This document shows positions 48,446 through 57,202 of a stretch of DNA of 64,000 nucleotides, piece after piece; the stretch's first letter is position 1, and each line of letters starts with the position of its first letter. The DNA is from Alphaproteobacteria bacterium. Lineage in GTDB: Bacteria; Pseudomonadota; Alphaproteobacteria; Rs-D84. The stretch lies in the NCBI GenBank assembly GCA_009783145.1, contig WRHR01000003.1:23019-87018 (forward strand), given 5' to 3'. A program made the position numbers and the translations under genes. A model generated the notes under the pieces. The model was not told the origin of the DNA and searched no databases. It worked only from the letters and a program-made list of their open reading frames with translations.

Positions 48446-49372
48446 CTATATCTCCAACTTTCTAGCGCCCAGCTCCGGCACGATTCGCGGAACCAGTCCT
48501 GTAAGAACACTACCCGGACCGACCTCTATTGTTTCCGTAATGCCCAGCGCGGGAAGCGCCAAAACAGTCTCGCGCCAGCGCACGCCATGCGTAATTTGAT
48601 AAACAAGAGCTTCTTTTATTTCCGCCGGGTCCGACATAGGCGCGGCAGTCTTGTTTGAAATCAAGGGCACCGCCGGCGCGCGCATTTCAATCTTATCCAA
48701 TGCTTCGCGCATCTCTATTGCAACCGGTTCCATCAATCTTGAATGAGGCGGCACGGAAAGCGGCAGCAGCATGGCGCGCTTCGCGCCCATATCGCGCGTA
48801 ATCTCCATCGCGCGCAGTATAGTCCCCTCGCCCCCGGAAATCACAACCTGGCCCGGAGCGTTGTCGTTCGCCACATCCGCGACATTATAATGGTCATTGC
48901 GGCCGGCCTCTTCTTCAATTTGCTGCTCGGCCGTCTTGCAAGCTGTTGCCACCTGCTCTATTCCCAAGCCCATTATGACAGCCATGGCGCCTTTGCCCGC
49001 CGGGACCGCGCGCTGCATTGCGGCGCCGCGCAGGCGCAAAAGTTTCGCCGTGTCCGTAACGCTTAAAGCCCCCGCCGCGCACAGCGCGGTATATTCGCCC
49101 AAGGAATGCCCCGCGACGAACTTCACATCATCCATCGTTAATTTCGCCGCTTTCAGCATCGCGATTGAAACGGCGAAAATCGCCGGCTGAACGTTCGCGG
49201 TCAGCGTTAATTCTTCCATAGGGCCGTTGAAAACAATCTCGGACAATTTCTGTCCCAGCGCGGAATCCACTTCATCAAAAACATCGCGCGCTATCGGATA
49301 ATTGCCGTACAGGTCCTTGCCCATGCCGACGGCTTGCGACCCTTGGCCCGGGAAAATCAAAATCGATGACAT
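48446..49372 (-). CDS. fabD: Malonyl CoA-ACP transacylase FabD
   Basis: FPGQGSQ, GHSLGEYTAL active-site Ser, 308 aa. Confidence 0.9.
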   Translation of the reverse strand: MSSILIFPGQGSQAVGMGKDLYGNYPIARDVFDEVDSALGQKLSEIVFNGPMEELTLTANVQPAIFAVSIAMLKAAKLTMDDVKFVAGHSLGEYTALCAAGALSVTDTAKLLRLRGAAMQRAVPAGKGAMAVIMGLGIEQVATACKTAEQQIEEEAGRNDHYNVADVANDNAPGQVVISGGEGTILRAMEITRDMGAKRAMLLPLSVPPHSRLMEPVAIEMREALDKIEMRAPAVPLISNKTAAPMSDPAEIKEALVYQITHGVRWRETVLALPALGITETIEVGPGSVLTGLVPRIVPELGARKLEI

Positions 49373-49405
49373 TTGTCGCCTCTTTTGTGGGATTTATAGC
49401 AAATA

Positions 49406-49468
49406 AATTAGCGATTAGCAATTAGCAATTATCAGGGAGTTTAATTGCTAATCGCTAATTGATAATTG
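49406..49468. repeat. Family G (aattagc)n palindrome with GGGAGT core, copy G1
   Basis: aattagcgattagcaattagcaattatcaGGGAGTttaattgctaatcgctaattgataattgctaatt. Confidence 0.8.
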
Positions 49469-49499
49469 CTAATTAAAAAACCGGCAAAGCGCGGATTTT

Positions 49500-50537
49500 T
49501 TATGAAAGCGCTGCCGTTATCTGGTCCTGCATCTCGAACGTGCCGAAGACGACCCATGCGATGACTGCGGAAACCAGCAGTATTCCGACCGAGTTCAAGA
49601 TATTTGACATGCTTTCCATCTTGCGGACGGATGCGTCCAGATAGTCGTTCGCTATCTTTTCAAGGTTCGCGTCAAAGCCGTTCATATCGGCGTAAATGGC
49701 CAGGTCGCCGATGATTTCGTCATTCGGGAAACGCGTTCCTGTGTTCTCCAAGGCCCGCCCCAGATTGTCGCCGTTGGCGATAAATCCTATCGCGCGCTCC
49801 AGAATATCCTTCAGGTATTTGCCGGAATTATCGGCCAGCATTTTCATAGACATAGGCAAACTGCCGCCCGCGGCAACCATAGCCGCCAAAGACATCATCC
49901 AGCCGACGGATACGGAAATCTTGTACATAGACCAAGGCGGAATCGCATCGAACATGACGCGCAAGCGCCCCGACCAATTCGTGAACGAAGCCCAAATCAG
50001 AGCAATCAGGGCAATAAACGCGGCGATTATAATCAGAAAGTAGTTATTGGAAAAATCGGATACGGCGATGAGCGTTGCCGCCGCGCCGCGCCAAGCTATA
50101 TCGCCTCCGGCCGCTTCCCTTAACGGGGGCACCAGATATAATCCGACCGCCATGATTATGACAAAGGTCAACGCCAGCAAAACCGACGGATACAAAATCG
50201 CGTCCATCATGGCTTTCTTAATTTTGCTGATTCCTTCGCCGACGCGAACCACGTTATCCAAAGCGATGGAAAGCTTTGAAATATCGCCGACGGCCAACAT
50301 AAGAGTTTCGTTGCCGGGCGACCATCCGCGCGTGGCGTCGGGAAAAGGCAGACCGCGCTCCAGATTCTCGCGCCAGGCATTGATGACCAGCGCGAAAGGC
50401 TCGTTCGGCTTGTCCCCGTTCTTGCTTTCGGTCGCATAAACCCTGTCCAGCGCATCCATCAAAGTGAAGTTATTACGCAGCATTGATGCCAGCTTGCGAT
50501 ATAAATTCATCCGCTTGTCCGTATCGAAGCCGAACAT
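49500..50537 (-). CDS. GspF/PilC/TadB-family platform protein (short form)
   Basis: LYRKLASMLRNNFTLMDALDRV matches the T2SSF domain signature; three TM helices; about 345 aa from the internal Met, with the TTG-start extension lying in repeat G2. Confidence 0.55.
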   Translation of the reverse strand: MFGFDTDKRMNLYRKLASMLRNNFTLMDALDRVYATESKNGDKPNEPFALVINAWRENLERGLPFPDATRGWSPGNETLMLAVGDISKLSIALDNVVRVGEGISKIKKAMMDAILYPSVLLALTFVIIMAVGLYLVPPLREAAGGDIAWRGAAATLIAVSDFSNNYFLIIIAAFIALIALIWASFTNWSGRLRVMFDAIPPWSMYKISVSVGWMMSLAAMVAAGGSLPMSMKMLADNSGKYLKDILERAIGFIANGDNLGRALENTGTRFPNDEIIGDLAIYADMNGFDANLEKIANDYLDASVRKMESMSNILNSVGILLVSAVIAWVVFGTFEMQDQITAALS

Positions 50538-50576
50538 GAATTTCGCGTATAAGATATCAAGTTTCGTTGCCAAAAC

Positions 50577-50737
50577 AATTAGCAATTAGCAATTAGCAAT
50601 TAGCAATTAGCAATTTTTTCATTACTTATGCTTATTACCAACCAACTAATTTTTCCTTTATTTGTTTTAAAGCAACCAACTTTCTCACAACCGCAATCTA
50701 AATAATTGCTAATTGCTAATTGCTAATTGCTAATTAA
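50577..50737. repeat. Family G (aattagc)5 ... (gctaatt)5 palindrome with about 90-bp spacer, copy G2
   Basis: Left arm 50577-50614 overlaps the GspF-like 5' end; right arm 50705-50737 overlaps the GspE-like stop; adjacent actcccggc (GGGAGT on the other strand). Confidence 0.8.
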
Positions 50738-52377
50738 TACACTCCCGGCTGGTCCAGTAGTCCCACCCAGCGTTCCAGCTCCTCAACGCCGATGATGCCT
50801 TTCAGCATCAGCTCTATCGCCGCCTCTTTCAACGTGCGCCCGTCCAGTTCTTCCAGCCAATATTTTACCGCATCCGCGGAATTCCCCGCAAGCGCCAGTT
50901 CTAGGAATCTATTGTCTGTGATGATAATCTCGCCCGCTTTTATGCGCCCTATGGTGCCCTTTTCCGCGCAGTACTTGCATCCGTCGCCGCGGAAGTAAGT
51001 CTGGCGCAGGCCTGTTTCTCCGAACGCTTCCAGCACGCGCTTGTACGCGGGATGATCGGGAAAATTAACCAGCATTTTTCTGCACTGCGGGCAAAGCTTG
51101 CGGAACAAGCGCATCGACACCAGCCCGCGCATCATGGTTTCGTCTTTCAGCTTGAACCCTTCCACGCCCATATCCAAAAGGCGGGTAAGCGCCGCCATTG
51201 CGGAATTGGCATGCAAGGTGGTCCAAACGCTGTGCCCCGACAATGCCCCCTTTACCGTCAATTGAGCCGCGCTTAAGGTGCGGATTTCGCCGACCATCAT
51301 CACATCCGGATCGCTGCGCAGGGCGGATTGCAAAGCTTCGGTGAATTTCTCTTCCCGCTGCTCTTCGTTGTTCGCATTAACGACTGGAATCTGATGGCTG
51401 CCGAAAATGCGCCTTTCCGCCGGGTCTTCGATCGTAATCAGATTGATTTCATAATCGCGCTCTTTCAGCATAAGCGACATATTCTGGAAAAGAGTCGTGG
51501 ACTTTCCGCTGCTGGTCGGACCCGCGACCACGATAAGGCCGGTCGGGAAAGACCGCATGCGCATCAAAAGATCGCGCTCGTACTCGCCGAATTCCTGCTC
51601 GGTCTTTATGGTCTCGGCCGGGTTGTCGTACAGCAGGCGCATCACCACATAGCGCGATCCGAACGCGATCGGATTGAACTGCATTCTAATGCCCATAATG
51701 CCGGCCGGAAGATACAGGTCCCGCGTGCCGCGCAAAGGAGTGCGCCCGTCTTTCTGCGCGCTCTGATACTCGTTCTGCGCATAGTTGGAATTGGACTGGT
51801 CGGCGGATGCGAATGCTGCGCGGACGAAAGACTCGCCCCATTGAGAGTTGTATTCCAACACGGTCTGCATGCTGCCGTCCATGCGGAAATAAACGGTGGT
51901 CTGGTCGGCGACCTCTATATGAATATCGGATACTTTCAGGCTTGCGGCGCGCGCGATTATATCAACGAAGTCCTTTTGCATCTGGTTATCGTAATCCAAG
52001 GGCGCGCGTGATGCGATGCCCGCGAACTTCGCGTCGTTAAATTTGTATATGCCGGAAATAAGGCCCAGATCGCTGTAAAAAGGCTCTTTGGCCGTGCGCT
52101 TTTCTTTTTTAAGCAGCTCCAGGAACGAAATCACCCGCCCGTCATAGCGGTGAGTGCGAGAAATGACGATTTCGCCGCCGGAAAAGTACGCGAGCAAGTT
52201 CTGCGTATCTCTTGCCACTTCCAGCGCGCCGCCATTCGCGGTCAGCAAGGCGTTTGTGTTTGAGAACAAATACTCGATGATTTCTTTTTGCGTCGACGCG
52301 CCGATATTATTCGGCACGCTTGGGGCCGCGCTGCGCGCGGGCGAAGGAGTATTTTCAAGATTCTTTCGTGCTGACAT
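50734..52377 (-). CDS. GspE/PilB-family secretion/assembly ATPase
   Basis: GPTSSGKSTTL Walker A, MVGEIR, TLHANSA, C-terminal CPQC..x24..CKYC zinc motif. Confidence 0.8.
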   Translation of the reverse strand: MSARKNLENTPSPARSAAPSVPNNIGASTQKEIIEYLFSNTNALLTANGGALEVARDTQNLLAYFSGGEIVISRTHRYDGRVISFLELLKKEKRTAKEPFYSDLGLISGIYKFNDAKFAGIASRAPLDYDNQMQKDFVDIIARAASLKVSDIHIEVADQTTVYFRMDGSMQTVLEYNSQWGESFVRAAFASADQSNSNYAQNEYQSAQKDGRTPLRGTRDLYLPAGIMGIRMQFNPIAFGSRYVVMRLLYDNPAETIKTEQEFGEYERDLLMRMRSFPTGLIVVAGPTSSGKSTTLFQNMSLMLKERDYEINLITIEDPAERRIFGSHQIPVVNANNEEQREEKFTEALQSALRSDPDVMMVGEIRTLSAAQLTVKGALSGHSVWTTLHANSAMAALTRLLDMGVEGFKLKDETMMRGLVSMRLFRKLCPQCRKMLVNFPDHPAYKRVLEAFGETGLRQTYFRGDGCKYCAEKGTIGRIKAGEIIITDNRFLELALAGNSADAVKYWLEELDGRTLKEAAIELMLKGIIGVEELERWVGLLDQPGVY

Positions 52378-52452
52378 TTACGATTTACGATTTGCGATTT
52401 ACGAATTACGATTTATGGGGAGTCAAATCGTAATTCGTAAATCGTAAATTTT
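52378..52452. repeat. Family J element, copy J2
   Basis: tttacgatttacgatttgcgatttacgaattacgatttatgGGGAGTcaaatcgtaattcgtaaatcgtaaatttt; lies between the GspE-like start and the PilP-like stop. Confidence 0.8.
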
Positions 52453-52455
52453 AAA

Positions 52456-53064
52456 TTATTCACCGGCATAAACGCCTAAAACAGTAATCTCGCCGCCTTT
52501 GGATAGAACCACGCCTTCGTCGATCGATACGGATTCAACGCGGTAGTCGTCCAGATTCTTGCCGACGGAAACTTTTCTTCTCTGCCCGTTGGTGACATCC
52601 TCGACGGTCGCGAACAGCTGGCGTCCTGCGCCTACGATTTCAATCAGGCGATATCTTTCGTTTATCGGGGACGGGGCAGGTTTGCTGGTCGCGGGAGCGC
52701 GTTCTGGCTGGCGGCTTTCCATGGACATCTTCTGCTGTTCCAACTTTTCCCTTTCCAGCTCCAGCCGCTGGCGTTCCAGCTCTATCGCGCCGGTCTGAGC
52801 CTGCGAAGCCCCGCTCATAGCGTCCATTTCGTTGCGGATGCGCACTTGCTCGGCCGCCAGGCGATCCATATCCAGTTGCAACTGAGCCCTTTCCTTTTCC
52901 AACTGCATCAGGATTTTTTCCTGCTCCAGGTCGGCGATCATCTGAAACAGCGACCCTTCCGGATTGTAATCCTCGACATCTTCCGCGGCGCGGACGCCAA
53001 TCGGCGAAATCGCCGCCAGTACTGCCAATAGCATTAGTTTATTTTGCATAGATTCTAACCTCAT
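52456..53064 (-). CDS. PilP/GspC-like periplasmic protein (signal peptide, coiled coil, C-terminal beta domain)
   Basis: Signal MLLAVLAAISPIGVRA, long Glu/Gln/Leu-rich coiled coil, C-terminal YRLIEIVGAGRQLFATVED...VSVGKNLDDYRVESVSIDEGVVL resembling PilP/GspC HR domains. Confidence 0.45.
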   Translation of the reverse strand: MRLESMQNKLMLLAVLAAISPIGVRAAEDVEDYNPEGSLFQMIADLEQEKILMQLEKERAQLQLDMDRLAAEQVRIRNEMDAMSGASQAQTGAIELERQRLELEREKLEQQKMSMESRQPERAPATSKPAPSPINERYRLIEIVGAGRQLFATVEDVTNGQRRKVSVGKNLDDYRVESVSIDEGVVLSKGGEITVLGVYAGE

Positions 53065-54280
53065 AGTTCCAAACCCTGGTGCGGGCGTCCCATTTTACCG
53101 CCTTTAAATAAAGCGGCGAAATCCCTTCGAAAATCTCTATGAATTCAAGGGGTTTTAATTTCGAGCTCGCATTCACCGTAACAACGCTTATGTCCTGCGT
53201 GGCGATTCCCTGGCGAACGGTTTCGATAACAGGCCTTACATTTGCACTCGCGCCTATTGTCTGAAACAGAGTATTCACCGAGTACACTATATTTTCGACC
53301 AAGAATTGGGGCGTTTGCGGCTGGCTGGGCAATTTGGGCAGCGTCACGCTGATAACGGCATCCGAGTCCGTGTTTTCAGTGATGAAGACATTGTTCATCA
53401 TCAAGCGCGCGGATTCGTGCATTCCGGCAACCGTGCCGTATGTGCGGCGCAGGTTGGCGCGCGCGGTCAGTCCGTCGCACTCGGCCCCGGTCTGAACCCA
53501 TCCCGGAATCTGCTGCATGACATAGGCGATCCCGCGCCAGCATTGGTCCGCGCGAAGCTCTGCGTCGGGCAAGTCGTCATAAGGCATCGCGATGCGGACG
53601 GGCTCAGGCGCAGCAACACGAGCATTTTTAGCTTCCAGTTTGCGTTTATATTCTTCCAGAACCTCTGGGCTAATATTTGCTTTCTGGGGCTTTGGGGCAA
53701 TCAATTTCGCGATCGGCTCATGAAAGAAATACCAAACGCCGAACGCAAAGGCCGCGAAAACAAGAAGCGAGATAATGTTTCCTGAAACGCTGCCTATGGG
53801 CGTCAGCGAGACTTTGGAGTTCCCCGCGACAATATCTTTCAGCGGTTTTTCCACCGCGCGCGGAATGGTCCAGTACCCAGGAGCGACCATGATCCCCCAA
53901 TCGGGCAATTCCGATAAATTCGCATACTCGCGTTTGGCGTCGTTTTCATTAGAGAACAACTGGTCGAAGATTATGATGTTATTGCGGACCGCGACAATCC
54001 AGAAACCTTGTGGCACAAAGAATGCCGCCAGAAAACTGTTGTATTCGGAAAAGGAATTAATAACCTCCACTGCGGCGATTTTCATCCCTCTGCGATGACC
54101 CAAAGCGCGCCCGCCTACGCCGACCATGGACTTGAACTCGGCATAAAACTTTACGGTTCCGGGAATTTGCTTGGACAGGGTTGCGGCGAAATTACGCGGA
54201 TTTTGACCGGCGGCCAAGGGCTGCCAAAACAGCCCGACCGCGTATTTTTTACGCTCAATAGTGATTACTTGCAGTGGCAA
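53039..54280 (-). CDS. Bitopic inner-membrane assembly protein (GspL/PilM-PilN-PilO-like topology)
   Basis: About 165-aa cytoplasmic domain, single TM (NIISLLVFAAFAFGVWYFF), about 220-aa periplasmic domain; overlaps the PilP-like gene by 26 nt. Confidence 0.4.
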   Translation of the reverse strand: MPLQVITIERKKYAVGLFWQPLAAGQNPRNFAATLSKQIPGTVKFYAEFKSMVGVGGRALGHRRGMKIAAVEVINSFSEYNSFLAAFFVPQGFWIVAVRNNIIIFDQLFSNENDAKREYANLSELPDWGIMVAPGYWTIPRAVEKPLKDIVAGNSKVSLTPIGSVSGNIISLLVFAAFAFGVWYFFHEPIAKLIAPKPQKANISPEVLEEYKRKLEAKNARVAAPEPVRIAMPYDDLPDAELRADQCWRGIAYVMQQIPGWVQTGAECDGLTARANLRRTYGTVAGMHESARLMMNNVFITENTDSDAVISVTLPKLPSQPQTPQFLVENIVYSVNTLFQTIGASANVRPVIETVRQGIATQDISVVTVNASSKLKPLEFIEIFEGISPLYLKAVKWDARTRVWNYEVRIYAK

Positions 54281-54374
54281 AATTCTCTCCGGTTTTCCCC
54301 TTCTATGGGATTATAACAAATAAACTATGAAATAAGGAAGGGAAAAGTGAAGGGGCGTTCCCGCCCCTATAACA

Positions 54375-54698
54375 CTATAGCCCCTGGCAATCATAAACAA
54401 GCGTAGTCATAACAAACGAGCGTTCCGGCGCGAACATTCTCCATTCGTTCTGGCGCGTATCCTTGGACTTTATCCAAAACGCGTTGCCGTTTCCGCGCGC
54501 TGCAATTTGATTTTTCACAAAGCGCACCGCGTCATCCTCGGAATACATGGAAACATCGGATTCCAGTTGGTACAAGAATGTGCAGGCCGTTGGTTCCGCT
54601 TTCAATTGCACCAATTCATCGGCGCCGGATTTAAGCTTGACAGTATTGCTGCACGCAGCCAGCGCAACCGCCGTTATTGCCAATAAAACTTTTCTCAT
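54375..54698 (-). CDS. Small lipoprotein (possible pilotin-like)
   Basis: MRKVLLAITAVALAACS lipobox; immediately upstream of the membrane assembly gene in the same direction. Confidence 0.35.
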   Translation of the reverse strand: MRKVLLAITAVALAACSNTVKLKSGADELVQLKAEPTACTFLYQLESDVSMYSEDDAVRFVKNQIAARGNGNAFWIKSKDTRQNEWRMFAPERSFVMTTLVYDCQGL

Positions 54699-55075
54699 TT
54701 CGCATCCTCCTTTGTTTGCTCTTGAAATATTTTGTCGCCCCACCAGTGCGGAATCAACTCTTTCAATCTTATGGTTTTTCTTGTTTCAAAATCCATCATG
54801 ATTTCTGTGTCTTTATTCTTATCGGACAGTTGCATCATCCATTCCCGGCATGCGCCGCAAGGAGCCCAGTTGTTCAGTTCTTCTTTTGGCGGGAATGGCC
54901 CGACGCTCGCTAAAATCCGTTTTACAACCACTTCGCCGGTTTCAGACGCCATTTTCAATATCGCAACTCGTTCTGCGCACATATTGCCGACACCGCTGCA
55001 TGAATCGAAACATATTCCTGTGAAAATTTTACCGCTTTCGCTTTCTATCGCGCTTGCCACGCCGCCGCCAGACAC
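54695..55075 (-). CDS. cdd: Cytidine deaminase
   Basis: CAERVAI and PCGACREWM zinc-binding motifs; the N-terminus appears short, so the true start may be a non-ATG upstream. Confidence 0.7.
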   Translation of the reverse strand: MSGGGVASAIESESGKIFTGICFDSCSGVGNMCAERVAILKMASETGEVVVKRILASVGPFPPKEELNNWAPCGACREWMMQLSDKNKDTEIMMDFETRKTIRLKELIPHWWGDKIFQEQTKEDAK

Positions 55076-55152
55076 AAATGGAGAATACTGTTTAGAACCT
55101 TTGACTTTTTACGCCTCGTCTTTCAGACGTTCCCAAATATCTTCTCTCATAT

Positions 55153-56097
55153 TTACTCTCCTATGATTTCATAATTTTCCGGGTCTGCAAAGAGCTTTCG
55201 CAACACCAAGTTATTCAGCCCATGGCTGCCTTTCCAGGATTCCAATTCTCCGACTATCAAGCCGCCGGCCGTAAACAGGTCGCCGGCCGCGTCTATCAAT
55301 TTATGCCGCACGAATTCGTCCGGGCAATGCAATTCGTTCAATGTTCCGTCGCCGGTTTCGTTAAGCGCCAGGATATTGTTTTCGTTCGCGCCCAGTCCCA
55401 TTCCGCGCTTTTTCAAATACTCCCATTCCCAGATGCGGCCGAAAGACCGGCAATTCGCAAATTCTTTTAAAAATTTACGGCGCGAAGCCTCGGCGCCCTT
55501 GGGCGACGGGTCAAATAAAAATTCAGCGCTTTGCGTTCCGATTATTTTATCCGGATATACCAAAGTCGCTTTTATCTTCAACCCTTTTGAATAAGGCGAC
55601 AATTTTACGAACCCGTCCTCTCGCCGCCCGGTTTTCAAATTATAAAACCATAATCCGATGCGTTTTAATAAAGGCATCTGTCCTATGATTTCGCGCCGAT
55701 ACGCGATTACCGGCCGTTTTACTATTATTTTTTTACCAGCCCAAGGTTTGCAGATTCCGGCCTCTTCAAATATTTCTATGAATTGCTTCGCGCTGCCGTC
55801 CAGTATGGGGAACTCCGGCCCGTCAATTTCCACAATTGCGGAATCTATGCCGCAGACGAACAGCGCCGCCATAAAGTGTTCAATAGTTCGAACCTGATTG
55901 GGCGCCTTACCAATCGTTGTGTCCCATGTGCCGGTATTTACAACGTTATCCCAAGTCGCGGGAATGGGCTGGCTACCGGGCAAATCAGTGCGATGAAAAA
56001 ATATCCCCGGCTTGTCGGTCAGACGAACGCGCACGTTCGCGCTTTTGCCAGACTGCAAACCAACGCCGGAAAATTTAATCTCTTTAATTTTTTTCAT
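55153..56097 (-). CDS. lpxC: UDP-3-O-acyl-N-acetylglucosamine deacetylase LpxC
   Basis: TIEHFMAALFVCGIDSAIVEIDGPEFPILDGSA, HCPDEFVRHKLIDAAGDL, GSHGLNN. Confidence 0.9.
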   Translation of the reverse strand: MKKIKEIKFSGVGLQSGKSANVRVRLTDKPGIFFHRTDLPGSQPIPATWDNVVNTGTWDTTIGKAPNQVRTIEHFMAALFVCGIDSAIVEIDGPEFPILDGSAKQFIEIFEEAGICKPWAGKKIIVKRPVIAYRREIIGQMPLLKRIGLWFYNLKTGRREDGFVKLSPYSKGLKIKATLVYPDKIIGTQSAEFLFDPSPKGAEASRRKFLKEFANCRSFGRIWEWEYLKKRGMGLGANENNILALNETGDGTLNELHCPDEFVRHKLIDAAGDLFTAGGLIVGELESWKGSHGLNNLVLRKLFADPENYEIIGE

Positions 56098-56194
56098 TTT
56101 TTCTCTTTTTTCGCTCGCCGCTTCGCATCTGCGCGTCTGCGCGTATCCTCGTAATTGCTCAATCTTCGCTACGCTCGATTTCGCATACTCGGAT

Positions 56195-57133
56195 TCATTT
56201 AATTTTTCCTTCTAGCCATTTCCAAAATGCCGGCTCTATTGTTGTTTCCAGTTTCGCAAATTTGATTTTCTTTTGCGCGATAGGCGGCAAACGAATCCAA
56301 TCTTTTTCAGTGGTTATCAATTCTGCTTTTTCTTTTACCGCTAATGCGAACAATTTTTTCAAATCGGCATCAGAATATTGATAATGATCTGGGAAAGAAA
56401 TCGTTTTTACCGGCCTTTTCGGCAATTTTTCAAAAAACTTCTTCGGATATCCGATACCGGCAAAAGCTATGAACGGCAAATGGCAAATAGAAGATGGCAA
56501 ATGTGTCTCGCTTTTTGCCAAAAACACCGGCTTTTTGTACCTTTTTGCAGCAATTTCCACTTCTGATTCCCCATTTGCCATTATTATCACCGCATCCGCT
56601 CTCTTTATTGCGCTCAGCGGTTCCCGCAAAGGCCCGGCAGGCAGAATGAACCCATTTCCAATGCCGATTTTCCCGTCAAAAACAGGGATGGAAATATCTT
56701 TTTTTACGGTCGGATTTTGAAATCCGTCGTCCATAATGATGTGTGAAAAGCCGGCCTTTTCGACCATTTTTATGCTTTTCAACCGGTCCTTTCCAACAAA
56801 GACTGGCAAACCGGACGCGGCCAACATCTTCGCCTCATCGCCGACATCCGCTGCCGTATCATTTGACCCGACTTTTCCGGCCTTTTTGCCTTTATACCCC
56901 TGCATAACTATTGCAGAACTGGGGAACAAGCGGGCAACTTCGCGGACTATCGGGGTTTTCCCGACGCCGCCGGCAAGAATATTGCCTATGCAAATTACCG
57001 GCCTTTTTGCACTTTTTTGCCAAAAAGACCGGTAAAAAAAGACTGCGCGGCTGGTCAAAAGATATAGCCAAGACACCGGCAGCAAAAGCCACGCGATAAT
57101 ATTTCTTTCAAGAAACCAATTCGGTGTTTTCAT
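56195..57133 (-). CDS. lpxK: Tetraacyldisaccharide 4'-kinase LpxK
   Basis: GNILAGGVGKTP P-loop, SRGYKG-like, IMDDGFQN; a THLPSSICHLPF segment is encoded by a (caaatgg)n repeat. Confidence 0.85.
   Translation of the reverse strand: MKTPNWFLERNIIAWLLLPVSWLYLLTSRAVFFYRSFWQKSAKRPVICIGNILAGGVGKTPIVREVARLFPSSAIVMQGYKGKKAGKVGSNDTAADVGDEAKMLAASGLPVFVGKDRLKSIKMVEKAGFSHIIMDDGFQNPTVKKDISIPVFDGKIGIGNGFILPAGPLREPLSAIKRADAVIIMANGESEVEIAAKRYKKPVFLAKSETHLPSSICHLPFIAFAGIGYPKKFFEKLPKRPVKTISFPDHYQYSDADLKKLFALAVKEKAELITTEKDWIRLPPIAQKKIKFAKLETTIEPAFWKWLEGKIK
56473..56504. repeat. Family C tract in-frame in lpxK
   Basis: ggcaaatggcaaatagaagatggcaaatg; a further catttgccat lies at 56571-56580. Confidence 0.7.
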
Positions 57134-57202
57134 TTTAAACTGAGAGCTGAAAACTGAAAACTGAGAACCAGATTTCAGTTCTCAGTTTTCAGTTTTCAGT
57201 TT
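57134..57202. repeat. Family H element, copy H2
   Basis: aactgagagctgaaaactgaaaactgagaaccagatttcagttctcagttttcagttttcagtt; supplies the DUF374 gene stop codon and abuts the lpxK start. Confidence 0.8.

Noticed and set aside
49406-50741. Possibility that the heptamer arrays (aattagc, acgattt, caaatgg, ctgaaaa) are CRISPR arrays
   Set aside because: Units are only 6-8 nt and are tandem with no unique spacers. They occur as inverted palindromes, and no cas genes are present.
54695-55075. Treating cdd as a truncated pseudogene
   Set aside because: Both zinc-binding motifs are intact and the reading frame is open. The short N-terminus is more likely a mis-assigned (non-ATG) start.
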